From the sequence record MK054224.1: a DNA stretch of 16,044 bases. One strand, written 5' to 3'. The stretch's first letter is position 1; the number at the start of each line of letters is the position of its first letter. Shown here in pieces: positions 1 to 6,383 of this stretch. The notes under the pieces are model-generated. The model did not search any database, was not told where the DNA came from, and was given only the letters and a program-made list of their open reading frames with translations. Position numbers and translations under genes: made by a program.

Positions 1-49
1 ATGGGGGCCTGTCGAGCCCCTGACCCGGGTTCAAATCCCGGCCGCGGCG
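1..49 (+). tRNA. 3' part of tRNA-Asp(GUC), serving as the att core
   Basis: Anticodon stem GGGGC(4-8)/GCCCC(16-20), loop CTGTCGA with GTC at 11-13; T-stem CCGGG(25-29)/CCCGG(37-41), loop TTCAAAT; acceptor 3' strand CCGCGGC(42-48) plus discriminator G49. The 5' half is not in the window. Confidence 0.92.
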
Positions 50-226
50 TTGTGGGGGAATATCCCCCACTCCCCCTACTGCTATGTAAGTTTCTATTAT
101 CTTATCTAAAGGTGCAATGTAATAATGCCTTTGCTTACCGCCATCATCCTTCTCTATTAAGTAAACATAATACTTACCTTTAATCTCTTTTACATAGAAT
201 TTAGAATTAACGTAAAAGGAAGGCAT
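1..226 (-). CDS. int: Integrase N-terminal fragment, int(N), running through att
   Basis: Manual translation from ATG at 226: MPSFYVNSKFYVKEIKGKYYVYLIEKDDGGKQRHYYIAPLDKIIETYIAVGGVGDIPPQRRGRDLNPGQGLDRPP; SSV2-type integrase N-terminus; no stop before position 1. Not in the ORF track. Confidence 0.93.
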   Translation of the reverse strand, partial: MPSFYVNSKFYVKEIKGKYYVYLIEKDDGGKQRHYYIAPLDKIIETYIAVGGVGDIPPQRRGRDLNPGQGLDRPP

Positions 227-250
227 TCTAAGAATGTTAAGTAACGCGGG

Positions 251-258
251 TTTAAATA
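251..258 (-). promoter_or_regulatory. Putative TATA box of int (TATTTAAA on minus strand)
   Basis: TATA begins 32 nt upstream of the int ATG, typical leaderless Sulfolobales spacing. Confidence 0.55.
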
Positions 259-360
259 CTCATTCTAATAGAACGATCAGCGTGGAGTTGAAAGAAGACG
301 GCAAAGATTCCTCACTTTTGCGAAAAACTGAATATGTGATACTTAGCAACTGTGAGGCTT

Positions 361-746
361 TGGAAAATTTGTAATTGTATAACTGCTCACTAATTTATAC
401 AAGAGATACCCCTGTTTTGGGGGTATATCTAGAATAAATTAGTGAGGGTTGAGAAATTTTCATATTTTCCCGGCGGTCACTAATTTTTAGTAGCAACTGC
501 CAAAAAAAGAGGTGTAGTTTAAACTTTTGTAGACCGGGTTTAAAGTACACCTACTCCAGAAAAATTTGCTACTAAAAATTAGTGAGCACTTAGACAATTA
601 CAAATTTTCCAAGTGGTCACTGTTTTTTACTAGCAACTCTCAAAAAATGAGGTGTGTCTAGAATAAATTAGTGAGCGTTTAGAAAAATTATACATGTTTT
701 TGGGGTACACCTATGCCAGAAAAAATTTTTAGAACAAATTAGTGAG
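361..746. repeat. Iteron and inverted-repeat block, putative replication origin
   Basis: AAATTAGTGAG at 436-446, 576-586, 665-675, 736-746 (+) and 386-396 (-), one-mismatch copy 476-486 (-); exact 20-bp inverted repeat 477-496/566-585; 34/36 inverted repeat 361-396/576-611; exact 19-bp direct repeat 428-446/657-675. Repeats are directly seen, origin function is inferred. Confidence 0.75.
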
Positions 747-759
747 AGGTGGAACAAAT

Positions 760-1065
760 TCAAAAACTAAACTTCTTTTTAATCTTTAGTAGACTATCTA
801 AATGTTTTAGCTCCAATTCGCTGACCTGTAACACTTGACCGTCTTTAAGTCTCACAATGTAATAGACTTTACCCTTCTCATCTCTCTGCCATCCAATGAT
901 TTCGTAACTGTTGTCTGGTTCAATGTATCTAAAAATTGGAGGTTCTACAGTCCTATCAATATAAAGAAACACCAAACGTAAACATTCTTTAGCCTTTTCT
1001 ATCGTTTTCTCGTCAGCTACTAACCCGTCAAATTCTTTACAAGAATTCCACATACTCTTCACCAT
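760..1065 (-). CDS. Hypothetical protein (97-101 aa), last gene of leftward operon
   Basis: ORF overlaps the 3' end of the helicase-like gene; GGTGA SD favours the ATG at 1053. Confidence 0.75.
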   Translation of the reverse strand: MVKSMWNSCKEFDGLVADEKTIEKAKECLRLVFLYIDRTVEPPIFRYIEPDNSYEIIGWQRDEKGKVYYIVRLKDGQVLQVSELELKHLDSLLKIKKKFSF

Positions 1066-2638
1066 CTGTCATTTTATGGTTTACTAAGCCCCTTTCTTCG
1101 GCCCATTTTAGTACTTTTTCTGCAATCTCCTCACCGAGTATGCCATAAAATTCGCTGATCGTGAACTGCTTCCCCTTTAACTCTTTGTAAATTTCTGCCA
1201 TGTTACCCGCAAACGTCAAATCGCCGTTACCATCCCTCTCTTCTTTATAACCGTTCACGACAAGGTCTATGACCTTTTGCCCGAACTCGTTACGCCTCCA
1301 TTTATTCCTATTCGCTTTGTCCTTGTCAAGGTCTACCAGCCCTTTACGTGATAGGTTGTAGAGCCATGCCTTTGCTGTCTCTGTATCGACCTTGAGTCTC
1401 ATTGCTATAGTCTTCGTTTCTTCGAATTCGGTACTGGTAGCCTGTAACGCTTTCAGTTCGACACTCGTTAGCCCTACCGCTGATACTAGGAAGTACCTCA
1501 ATAGCTTTTGTGAGAAAAGTGAGTAAACTTCATCATCAACTACTTCTTTCCCTAACAACGATGCAAATATCTTCATAACTTTTAGGCCTTGGTCGTAAAC
1601 TCTAAACGCGTACTGGTTATACTCCGTAATGACGTCCTTGAACCTCATTGCGATTTCTTTCGGCAGTTTAACACTCCTCGGTGTATAGTACATCCATGCG
1701 ATAGCCAGGTATTTTGTCACGGGGTCATACTCAAACGCGTTATCACCCCTTTCCGCTATCTTCTCGTATATCTTTTCCACGTCTCCTCGTTCCAGGTCTA
1801 GGGCAACAGTCAGGAAACGACTCATTATCTGTGTCACTTGGTCATTGCTATAATCAATGTTTACCGCAGTAGAAACGACACTAGGCGGGTAATCTACTAT
1901 ACCGTAACTGCTTCCTAACTTATCATCTGTACTTTTTGCGGTTAAATTGGCCAGTCTACCTTCAGTCATCAGCATGCTTAACTCCTTTAACGCCTCGACG
2001 TCAATCGTTTCGACTATAAAGAGACAGCGGTTCTTCAGTAGTTTACCGTTCTCGTCGAAAGCCAGGTAGCTAAGTGCTTTTTTTGTTAAGTTTGAAACCC
2101 ACAGTACAGCTCCATATCCTTCTTTTAGACTAAACATATTGACGATACTCTTCACTGCTGAAGATTTTCCCGCTCCTGCACTCCCTAGCACAAGAACACC
2201 GATTTTAGGTAGACCTTCATAAAATGCCGATTTTATTGCTATCAACGTCAGTAGTTTTACCTCGTCGTCACCAACGTGCCATTTTTCAGATTGCCTTAAG
2301 AACCAACCGATAGGGTCTTTTCTTAATTCTTCCCACTGCTCCGGGAACTCTGTCATTACCCATTCCTGTAAAGGTTTCTCAACCGTATTTTCCGCTAACA
2401 CTTGCCTGACAAACTCGTTGAACTTCTCCTTTTCCCTTTTTATTGATGTACATTCGCTACTACGTTTAAACGTTCCTTCCGTTATAGGATATGTCACTTC
2501 TTTCCCGTCTTTGATATACCTGTAACTCGGTACAATGTATACTATGCCGTCGTCAATCGTTGCGTAAGTGTTTTCATCATCTATCTCTACTTCGATTTCA
2601 GCGTTTACACATTCACTATCATATGAATACCTCCTCAT
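1037..2638 (-). CDS. MCM-like AAA+ ATPase, putative replicative helicase with C-terminal winged-helix domains (533 aa)
   Basis: Walker A GSAGAGKS (2185-2162), Walker B-like LFIVE, sensor-1-like VVSTAVN, Arg finger IMSRF, sensor-2-like FRVY; C-terminal wHTH-like segments (TIAMRLKVDTETAKAWLYNLSRKGLV; AEKVLKWAEERGLV). Confidence 0.75.
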   Translation of the reverse strand: MRRYSYDSECVNAEIEVEIDDENTYATIDDGIVYIVPSYRYIKDGKEVTYPITEGTFKRSSECTSIKREKEKFNEFVRQVLAENTVEKPLQEWVMTEFPEQWEELRKDPIGWFLRQSEKWHVGDDEVKLLTLIAIKSAFYEGLPKIGVLVLGSAGAGKSSAVKSIVNMFSLKEGYGAVLWVSNLTKKALSYLAFDENGKLLKNRCLFIVETIDVEALKELSMLMTEGRLANLTAKSTDDKLGSSYGIVDYPPSVVSTAVNIDYSNDQVTQIMSRFLTVALDLERGDVEKIYEKIAERGDNAFEYDPVTKYLAIAWMYYTPRSVKLPKEIAMRFKDVITEYNQYAFRVYDQGLKVMKIFASLLGKEVVDDEVYSLFSQKLLRYFLVSAVGLTSVELKALQATSTEFEETKTIAMRLKVDTETAKAWLYNLSRKGLVDLDKDKANRNKWRRNEFGQKVIDLVVNGYKEERDGNGDLTFAGNMAEIYKELKGKQFTISEFYGILGEEIAEKVLKWAEERGLVNHKMTDGEEYVEFL

Positions 2639-3073
2639 TTATATCGCCCCGGCGTTCATTATGATAACGTCCTTTCTTAAGAATAATTCCTCGAAGCTAA
2701 GCCTAACGATTGGTTTAGACATGTCTGTTTCTCCTATAGTCCTATAATTCGTCAAATCGGAATATAGTACCTTTATTTTGTTAACGCATATTATGTCAGT
2801 GGTTTTCCCCGAATAAGAATTGTAAATCTTCAACTCATCGTTCTCTTTAATTAATTTGAATTCGTGATGATCGCAAACTTGCAATATTGCGTAAGCTTTA
2901 GGAGGTGAACCTCTCAGTGATACGAATATCGTAGAATAAAGGCCGTTATAGTCTTTCATAAACGCAATTATCATTTTCCTGATTTCGATATTTTCCTCAT
3001 AACACCTTAAATCATGTCCGCAGTAGGCTGAAGCCAATAAATGTTTAACGTAATCCCAACCGTTCTTAGTCAT
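2639..3073 (-). CDS. Hypothetical protein (144 aa)
   Basis: ATG at 3073 overlaps the upstream TGA (ATGA) with GAGGCG SD; its stop abuts the helicase-like ATG. Confidence 0.8.
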   Translation of the reverse strand: MTKNGWDYVKHLLASAYCGHDLRCYEENIEIRKMIIAFMKDYNGLYSTIFVSLRGSPPKAYAILQVCDHHEFKLIKENDELKIYNSYSGKTTDIICVNKIKVLYSDLTNYRTIGETDMSKPIVRLSFEELFLRKDVIIMNAGAI

Positions 3074-3489
3074 TTGCATCGCCTCAACTCGATAACCGGC
3101 TTTTCGAAAAGTATGCGTTCACAATTAGCTTTTTCAAAACTAAGACCTAGTTCCTCTAACCTCTTTTCTATTTCTTCAACATTTTCCTTTAACGTTAATC
3201 TCCTTTTACCTTCTATGTCACATAACGGGCAATTCGCATTAAAGCACCACTTAGCATCTGAACATGTTGCAGAAGTACCGTCGTCAAGAGCCGGTTGAAT
3301 GACAACATCGTTAACAATTAAAGGTGTTAAGGGGTCGTCGTTGATAAACGCTATACCTTTTCCGTAAGTACAATATCCTAAACTATACTTCCTATTTTCA
3401 AATCTCAGGACATTAACATACCATATTACTTTATGGTGGTATTTTTCTGGGTGTTCGAGTAAGTCCTTAATGTATTCTTTGACGTTCAT
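3070..3489 (-). CDS. Hypothetical Cys-rich, putative Zn-binding protein (139 aa)
   Basis: C-x5-C-x4-C-x2-C (CSDAKWCFNANCPLC); tight operon packing. Confidence 0.8.
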   Translation of the reverse strand: MNVKEYIKDLLEHPEKYHHKVIWYVNVLRFENRKYSLGYCTYGKGIAFINDDPLTPLIVNDVVIQPALDDGTSATCSDAKWCFNANCPLCDIEGKRRLTLKENVEEIEKRLEELGLSFEKANCERILFEKPVIELRRCK

Positions 3490-3492
3490 CGT

Positions 3493-4011
3493 TTACCCCT
3501 TTAGTTTCGGCTTAGCCTGTGTTACTTTTTTCGCTTCATTCTTTTCCTGTTCTACTCTTTCTTCCGTTTCCTCTTCCCTTTCTTCGTCTTCTGTTTCTTC
3601 ACCTAGCACTAGTATCTCGTCGTAGAACGTCTTGTTCTGCTTCTTACTCACTTTGATTTTTAGTTTGGTACCCTCGGTGATTTCTTTACTCTCCCATGCG
3701 TCGTATAACACCTCATATGCTTTAGACGTCAACTTCATTATAGCTTTGTCTCCTAGTTCACTCGCATCATACTTCTTTGGTTTTACAACTTCATCACCGT
3801 CTTCCGTCTTCGTAACGACTTTCTCCGTGACGCTCTCAAACTTTCCGCTTACCGGCTTTACGATAATACTGTAGTCTTCAATCTTCTTCACTGTACCGTC
3901 TTTCAACGCTATTTCTCTCTCAACGGCCTTTGGTGATTGCAACACTTCTACGGTTACTTCGTCGAACGGCTTAACGATTGGTAACCTTTCCCTTTTCATT
4001 AATACTTTCAT
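3493..4011 (-). CDS. Probable SSV1 E178-like protein; possible OB-fold ssDNA-binding protein with acidic tail
   Basis: Beta-rich core followed by EETEDEEREEETEERVEQE tail; position next to F93-like and RHH genes as in SSV1. E178 similarity is from recall; SSB function is inference. Confidence 0.7.
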   Translation of the reverse strand: MKVLMKRERLPIVKPFDEVTVEVLQSPKAVEREIALKDGTVKKIEDYSIIVKPVSGKFESVTEKVVTKTEDGDEVVKPKKYDASELGDKAIMKLTSKAYEVLYDAWESKEITEGTKLKIKVSKKQNKTFYDEILVLGEETEDEEREEETEERVEQEKNEAKKVTQAKPKLKG

Positions 4012-4193
4012 GCGTTAACACCCTCCTTTAATACCTCTTGTCTCTTCTTGTCGATATACCCTCTGCTTAACGCTTCAATGATTAAGATCTCAATTGCATC
4101 TGTTAGAGTTAGCTTTTCTTGTTTAGCTAAAAAAACGAATTTTTCTTTAATTTCACGATCTAATTTTATTCCTACATACTCTCTCTCTTTCAT
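4008..4193 (-). CDS. Ribbon-helix-helix (CopG-like) regulator, 61 aa, possibly SSV1 E51-like
   Basis: YVGIKLDREIKEKFVFLAKQEKLTLTDAIEILIIEAL is an RHH pattern; ATG at 4193 lies 34 nt below a TATA box, so the track start at 4247 is probably too long. Confidence 0.8.
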   Translation of the reverse strand: MKEREYVGIKLDREIKEKFVFLAKQEKLTLTDAIEILIIEALSRGYIDKKRQEVLKEGVNA

Positions 4194-4205
4194 GGCCAAT
4201 TTATA

Positions 4206-4245
4206 TTTAAACAACAAAAGTATAAAAGTTTTTTGGTGTTTAAAC
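4206..4245 (-). promoter_or_regulatory. Leftward early (T5-like) promoter: TATA flanked by inverted operator half-sites
   Basis: TTTTATA on minus strand (4227-4221) between ATTTAAACAACAAA (4205-4218) and TTTGGTGTTTAAAC (4232-4245); 37/40 identical to the inverted 4740-4779. Confidence 0.75.
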
Positions 4246-4254
4246 ATAATTAGG

Positions 4255-4692
4255 CTAAGATTTCAAGAACCTTTGTAAATATTTCAAGTCGTCTATAATC
4301 CTCTTTTTAGCCTCTTCATCAAGTATCCCCAATCTTGTAAATATTTCAACATATGGAATCAAGATTGTCTGTCCCGCTAACGCCATTGCTATAAGTATCT
4401 TGTTAGGGTCTGCCTCTTTTTTCATTCGTTTATAGGTCTCAATACCCGGTTTCAGCGATATCGCGAAAAGTTTACCCTTTTCCGTGAGATATATCTTTTT
4501 TTCCCCTTTCTCTTGTTTCTCTTCTATAAAGCCTTCCTGAATAAGAAATTTCTTAGCGTCATAAAAAGTGGCGGTGGACATGGGGAAATCCGCGTTTACT
4601 TTCTTATATAAATCATATGTGGCTATCCCTTCATTATCATATATGTAGACTAATACTATCGCTTCAGGGTAGAAGAAAGGAGTACTTTTCAT
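4255..4692 (-). CDS. SSV1 F93-like winged-helix (MarR/PadR-like) regulator with C-terminal extension (145 aa)
   Basis: MKSTPFFYPEAIVL...MSTATFYDAKKFLIQEG...YLTEKGK closely matches recalled SSV1 F93; TATTTAAA (4722-4715) lies 30 nt upstream of the ATG at 4692. Confidence 0.88.
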   Translation of the reverse strand: MKSTPFFYPEAIVLVYIYDNEGIATYDLYKKVNADFPMSTATFYDAKKFLIQEGFIEEKQEKGEKKIYLTEKGKLFAISLKPGIETYKRMKKEADPNKILIAMALAGQTILIPYVEIFTRLGILDEEAKKRIIDDLKYLQRFLKS

Positions 4693-4713
4693 ATATCGCA
4701 TATATAATTTATA

Positions 4714-4780
4714 GTTTAAATACCAAACGTTTTAGTGTTGTTTAAATACCAAAAAGTTTTTATACTTTTGTTGTTTAAAC
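4714..4780 (+). promoter_or_regulatory. Rightward early (T6-like) promoter with three operator copies
   Basis: GTTTAAATACCAAA at 4714-4727 and 4740-4753, inverted TTTGTTGTTTAAAC at 4767-4780, TTTTATA at 4758-4764. Confidence 0.75.
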
Positions 4781-4800
4781 AATAGATAGAGGGTCAAAAA

Positions 4801-5109
4801 ATGGTTGAACCCCAATACCAGGAAAAAGTTTTGGGTGAAGTTAGTTTGAATTTTTTTATTCGTTCCGTAGAGGTTGAGGGAAGACATAACTTCTACTTCA
4901 AACTATACGTGAGAATAAAAGATGATAAGAATGGAACTGAAATCGATCAGCAGTTTCTAAGTCCAGAAGAGTATGAAACCCACCGCATTTTGAAAGACAT
5001 CGAGAAATTGTATAATTTAGCCCGCTTTTCGCAAAATGAAAAATTGGCACAAGGGGCGAAAGAAGAGATTCTAAAATTAATTGCGTTACTGCTTTCGCGT
5101 GTAAGTTGA
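4801..5109 (+). CDS. SSV1 A100-like protein (102 aa)
   Basis: First gene of the rightward early operon; C-terminal KEEILKLIALLL resembles the A100 family. Confidence 0.7.
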   Translation: MVEPQYQEKVLGEVSLNFFIRSVEVEGRHNFYFKLYVRIKDDKNGTEIDQQFLSPEEYETHRILKDIEKLYNLARFSQNEKLAQGAKEEILKLIALLLSRVS

Positions 5110-5117
5110 GGTGGACG

Positions 5118-5252
5118 ATGATGAGGAGTAGACGTGAAAAGATGTTAAAAATATTCGAGAAGATCCTAGACGAAACAGATGATATAGAAGATCTTGAGCA
5201 ACTAATAGAGATAATTCAAGATTATATATATCGTGCCGGTGAGGGGGAATGA
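5118..5252 (+). CDS. Small acidic helical protein (44 aa), absent from ORF track
   Basis: GAGGTGG SD at 5108-5114; MMRSRREKMLKIFEKILDETDDIEDLEQLIEIIQDYIYRAGEGE; stop overlaps the next ATG (ATGA). Confidence 0.8.
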   Translation: MMRSRREKMLKIFEKILDETDDIEDLEQLIEIIQDYIYRAGEGE

Positions 5253-5467
5253 CCAAGAAGTGGAATAAGAAGAAGGAGGAAAGATATGAGGATATATGTT
5301 TAGGTGAGGACTATGATGAGGAGTATTGTTATGACTTTGTAACAAGGGAAGATGACTCAGTTGATGACGAGAATGAAGTATTAGAGATTCTTCTTGACGC
5401 TAAACGCTTAACAGATTTGCTTTCTCAAGAGTTGAATAATTATATCATAAGGGTGACAAAGGGATGA
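5249..5467 (+). CDS. Highly acidic hypothetical protein (72 aa)
   Basis: ATGA overlaps at both ends; 21 of 72 residues are D/E. Confidence 0.8.
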   Translation: MTKKWNKKKEERYEDICLGEDYDEEYCYDFVTREDDSVDDENEVLEILLDAKRLTDLLSQELNNYIIRVTKG

Positions 5468-5658
5468 AGGCAAGAGTGGAATACATTAAACTCCCGAAAT
5501 CTTATAGCCCTCGTAAAGACTGGGACATGGACGTGATTTCATTCAAATTACCTCCAGAGCTTAAGGCAAAATTAGAGAGAGTAGCGTACGAGAGAAAGGT
5601 TTCAAGAAGTGAACTGATTAGAATAGCGATCACCAAATATCTAGAAGAGGTAAAGTGA
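5464..5658 (+). CDS. SSV1 C80-like RHH transcription regulator (64 aa)
   Basis: MKARVEYIKLP N-terminus and VISFKLPPELKAKLERVAYERKVSRSELIRIAI RHH motif. Confidence 0.9.
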   Translation: MKARVEYIKLPKSYSPRKDWDMDVISFKLPPELKAKLERVAYERKVSRSELIRIAITKYLEEVK

Positions 5659-5659
5659 A

Positions 5660-5902
5660 ATGTATAGATGTCCAATTTGCGGTTTCAGAACCATCAGGTT
5701 GTTTGCATTAAAACAACACGCACGACATGCCCATGTATTAAATCAGTGTCCAGTTTGCAAGAAGGAATATCTTAATATTTATCAGCATTTCTATGTCCAC
5801 GCATACAACGATACTAGCCACTTAGTTCTGTGCTATTTATTTACAACCAACAAACTCAGGAGTTTCGCGAAACAAAAAGTGAAAGAACTCTTAAGGTGTT
5901 AG
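5660..5902 (+). CDS. SSV1 A79-like C2H2 zinc-finger protein (80 aa)
   Basis: CPICG...HARHAH and CPVCK...HFYVH; follows the C80-like gene. Confidence 0.9.
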   Translation: MYRCPICGFRTIRLFALKQHARHAHVLNQCPVCKKEYLNIYQHFYVHAYNDTSHLVLCYLFTTNKLRSFAKQKVKELLRC

Positions 5903-5904
5903 AT

Positions 5905-6207
5905 ATGATGATTTATGATATACTATTATATTATGGGTTTCAGTTCAATGACTATTGGACAACAATATTAGGTACCAAAGTTGGCGGAAGAGAAGCAAAT
6001 CTAGTAGCGAGGTTGTTTATGAAAAACAGATTAACATTAGCTATCTATAAATTTGATCTCGCTACAGTGGCTCTATTATTAGCTTTCATGTTAGATAACG
6101 TAAAAATGATACAAACGTTCCTACTTATTGTTGATGTTGTTGAATGCCTTGTAACACTAAACAATACTCTTACGATATATAGGCGTAAGAAGGTGAGAGC
6201 AAAATGA
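5905..6207 (+). CDS. Hypothetical protein (100 aa), positional SSV1 C102a-like
   Basis: AAGGTG SD before the ATG at 5905; the track start at 5830 overlaps the upstream gene and is unlikely. Family assignment is mainly from gene order. Confidence 0.65.
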   Translation: MMIYDILLYYGFQFNDYWTTILGTKVGGREANLVARLFMKNRLTLAIYKFDLATVALLLAFMLDNVKMIQTFLLIVDVVECLVTLNNTLTIYRRKKVRAK

Positions 6208-6383
6208 GGAAATTATGGGTGGTTTCAGCAAAAGACCCTTACGGTGATATTGTTTATCTGAAAATAACGCCTAAAAAGTCTACTGCGAAACGGTATTTGA
6301 AAGAGTGCAAAGAGATTTTCAATAGTTGTGAAATGGTACTTGGTGAGTTCTACACTCTCGATGAGGCTGAGGGGAAAATATAA
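6204..6383 (+). CDS. Hypothetical protein (59 aa), absent from ORF track
   Basis: MRKLWVVSAKDPYGDIVYLKITPKKSTAKRYLKECKEIFNSCEMVLGEFYTLDEAEGKI; ATGA overlap upstream, TAATG overlap downstream. Confidence 0.8.
   Translation: MRKLWVVSAKDPYGDIVYLKITPKKSTAKRYLKECKEIFNSCEMVLGEFYTLDEAEGKI

Noticed and set aside
1-183. 60-aa plus-strand ORF in the track
   Set aside because: It is the tRNA fragment plus the antisense of int(N); the minus-strand frame is the recognisable gene.
234-374. 46-aa plus-strand ORF MLSNAGLNTH...ALENL
   Set aside because: No SD or promoter evident, it overlaps the int promoter and the first repeat, and I recognise no motif.
361-746. Repeat block as a CRISPR or mini-CRISPR array
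   Set aside because: Repeats are 11-36 bp, in mixed orientation with irregular spacing, and the intervening sequences are related to each other, unlike spacers.
1589-4278. Plus-strand ORFs 1589-1801, 3041-3298, 3632-3874 and 4048-4278
   Set aside because: All are antisense shadows of well-supported minus-strand genes, with no initiation signals.
5830-5904. N-terminal extension of the 125-aa ORF
   Set aside because: Overlaps the A79-like gene; the SD supports the start at 5905.
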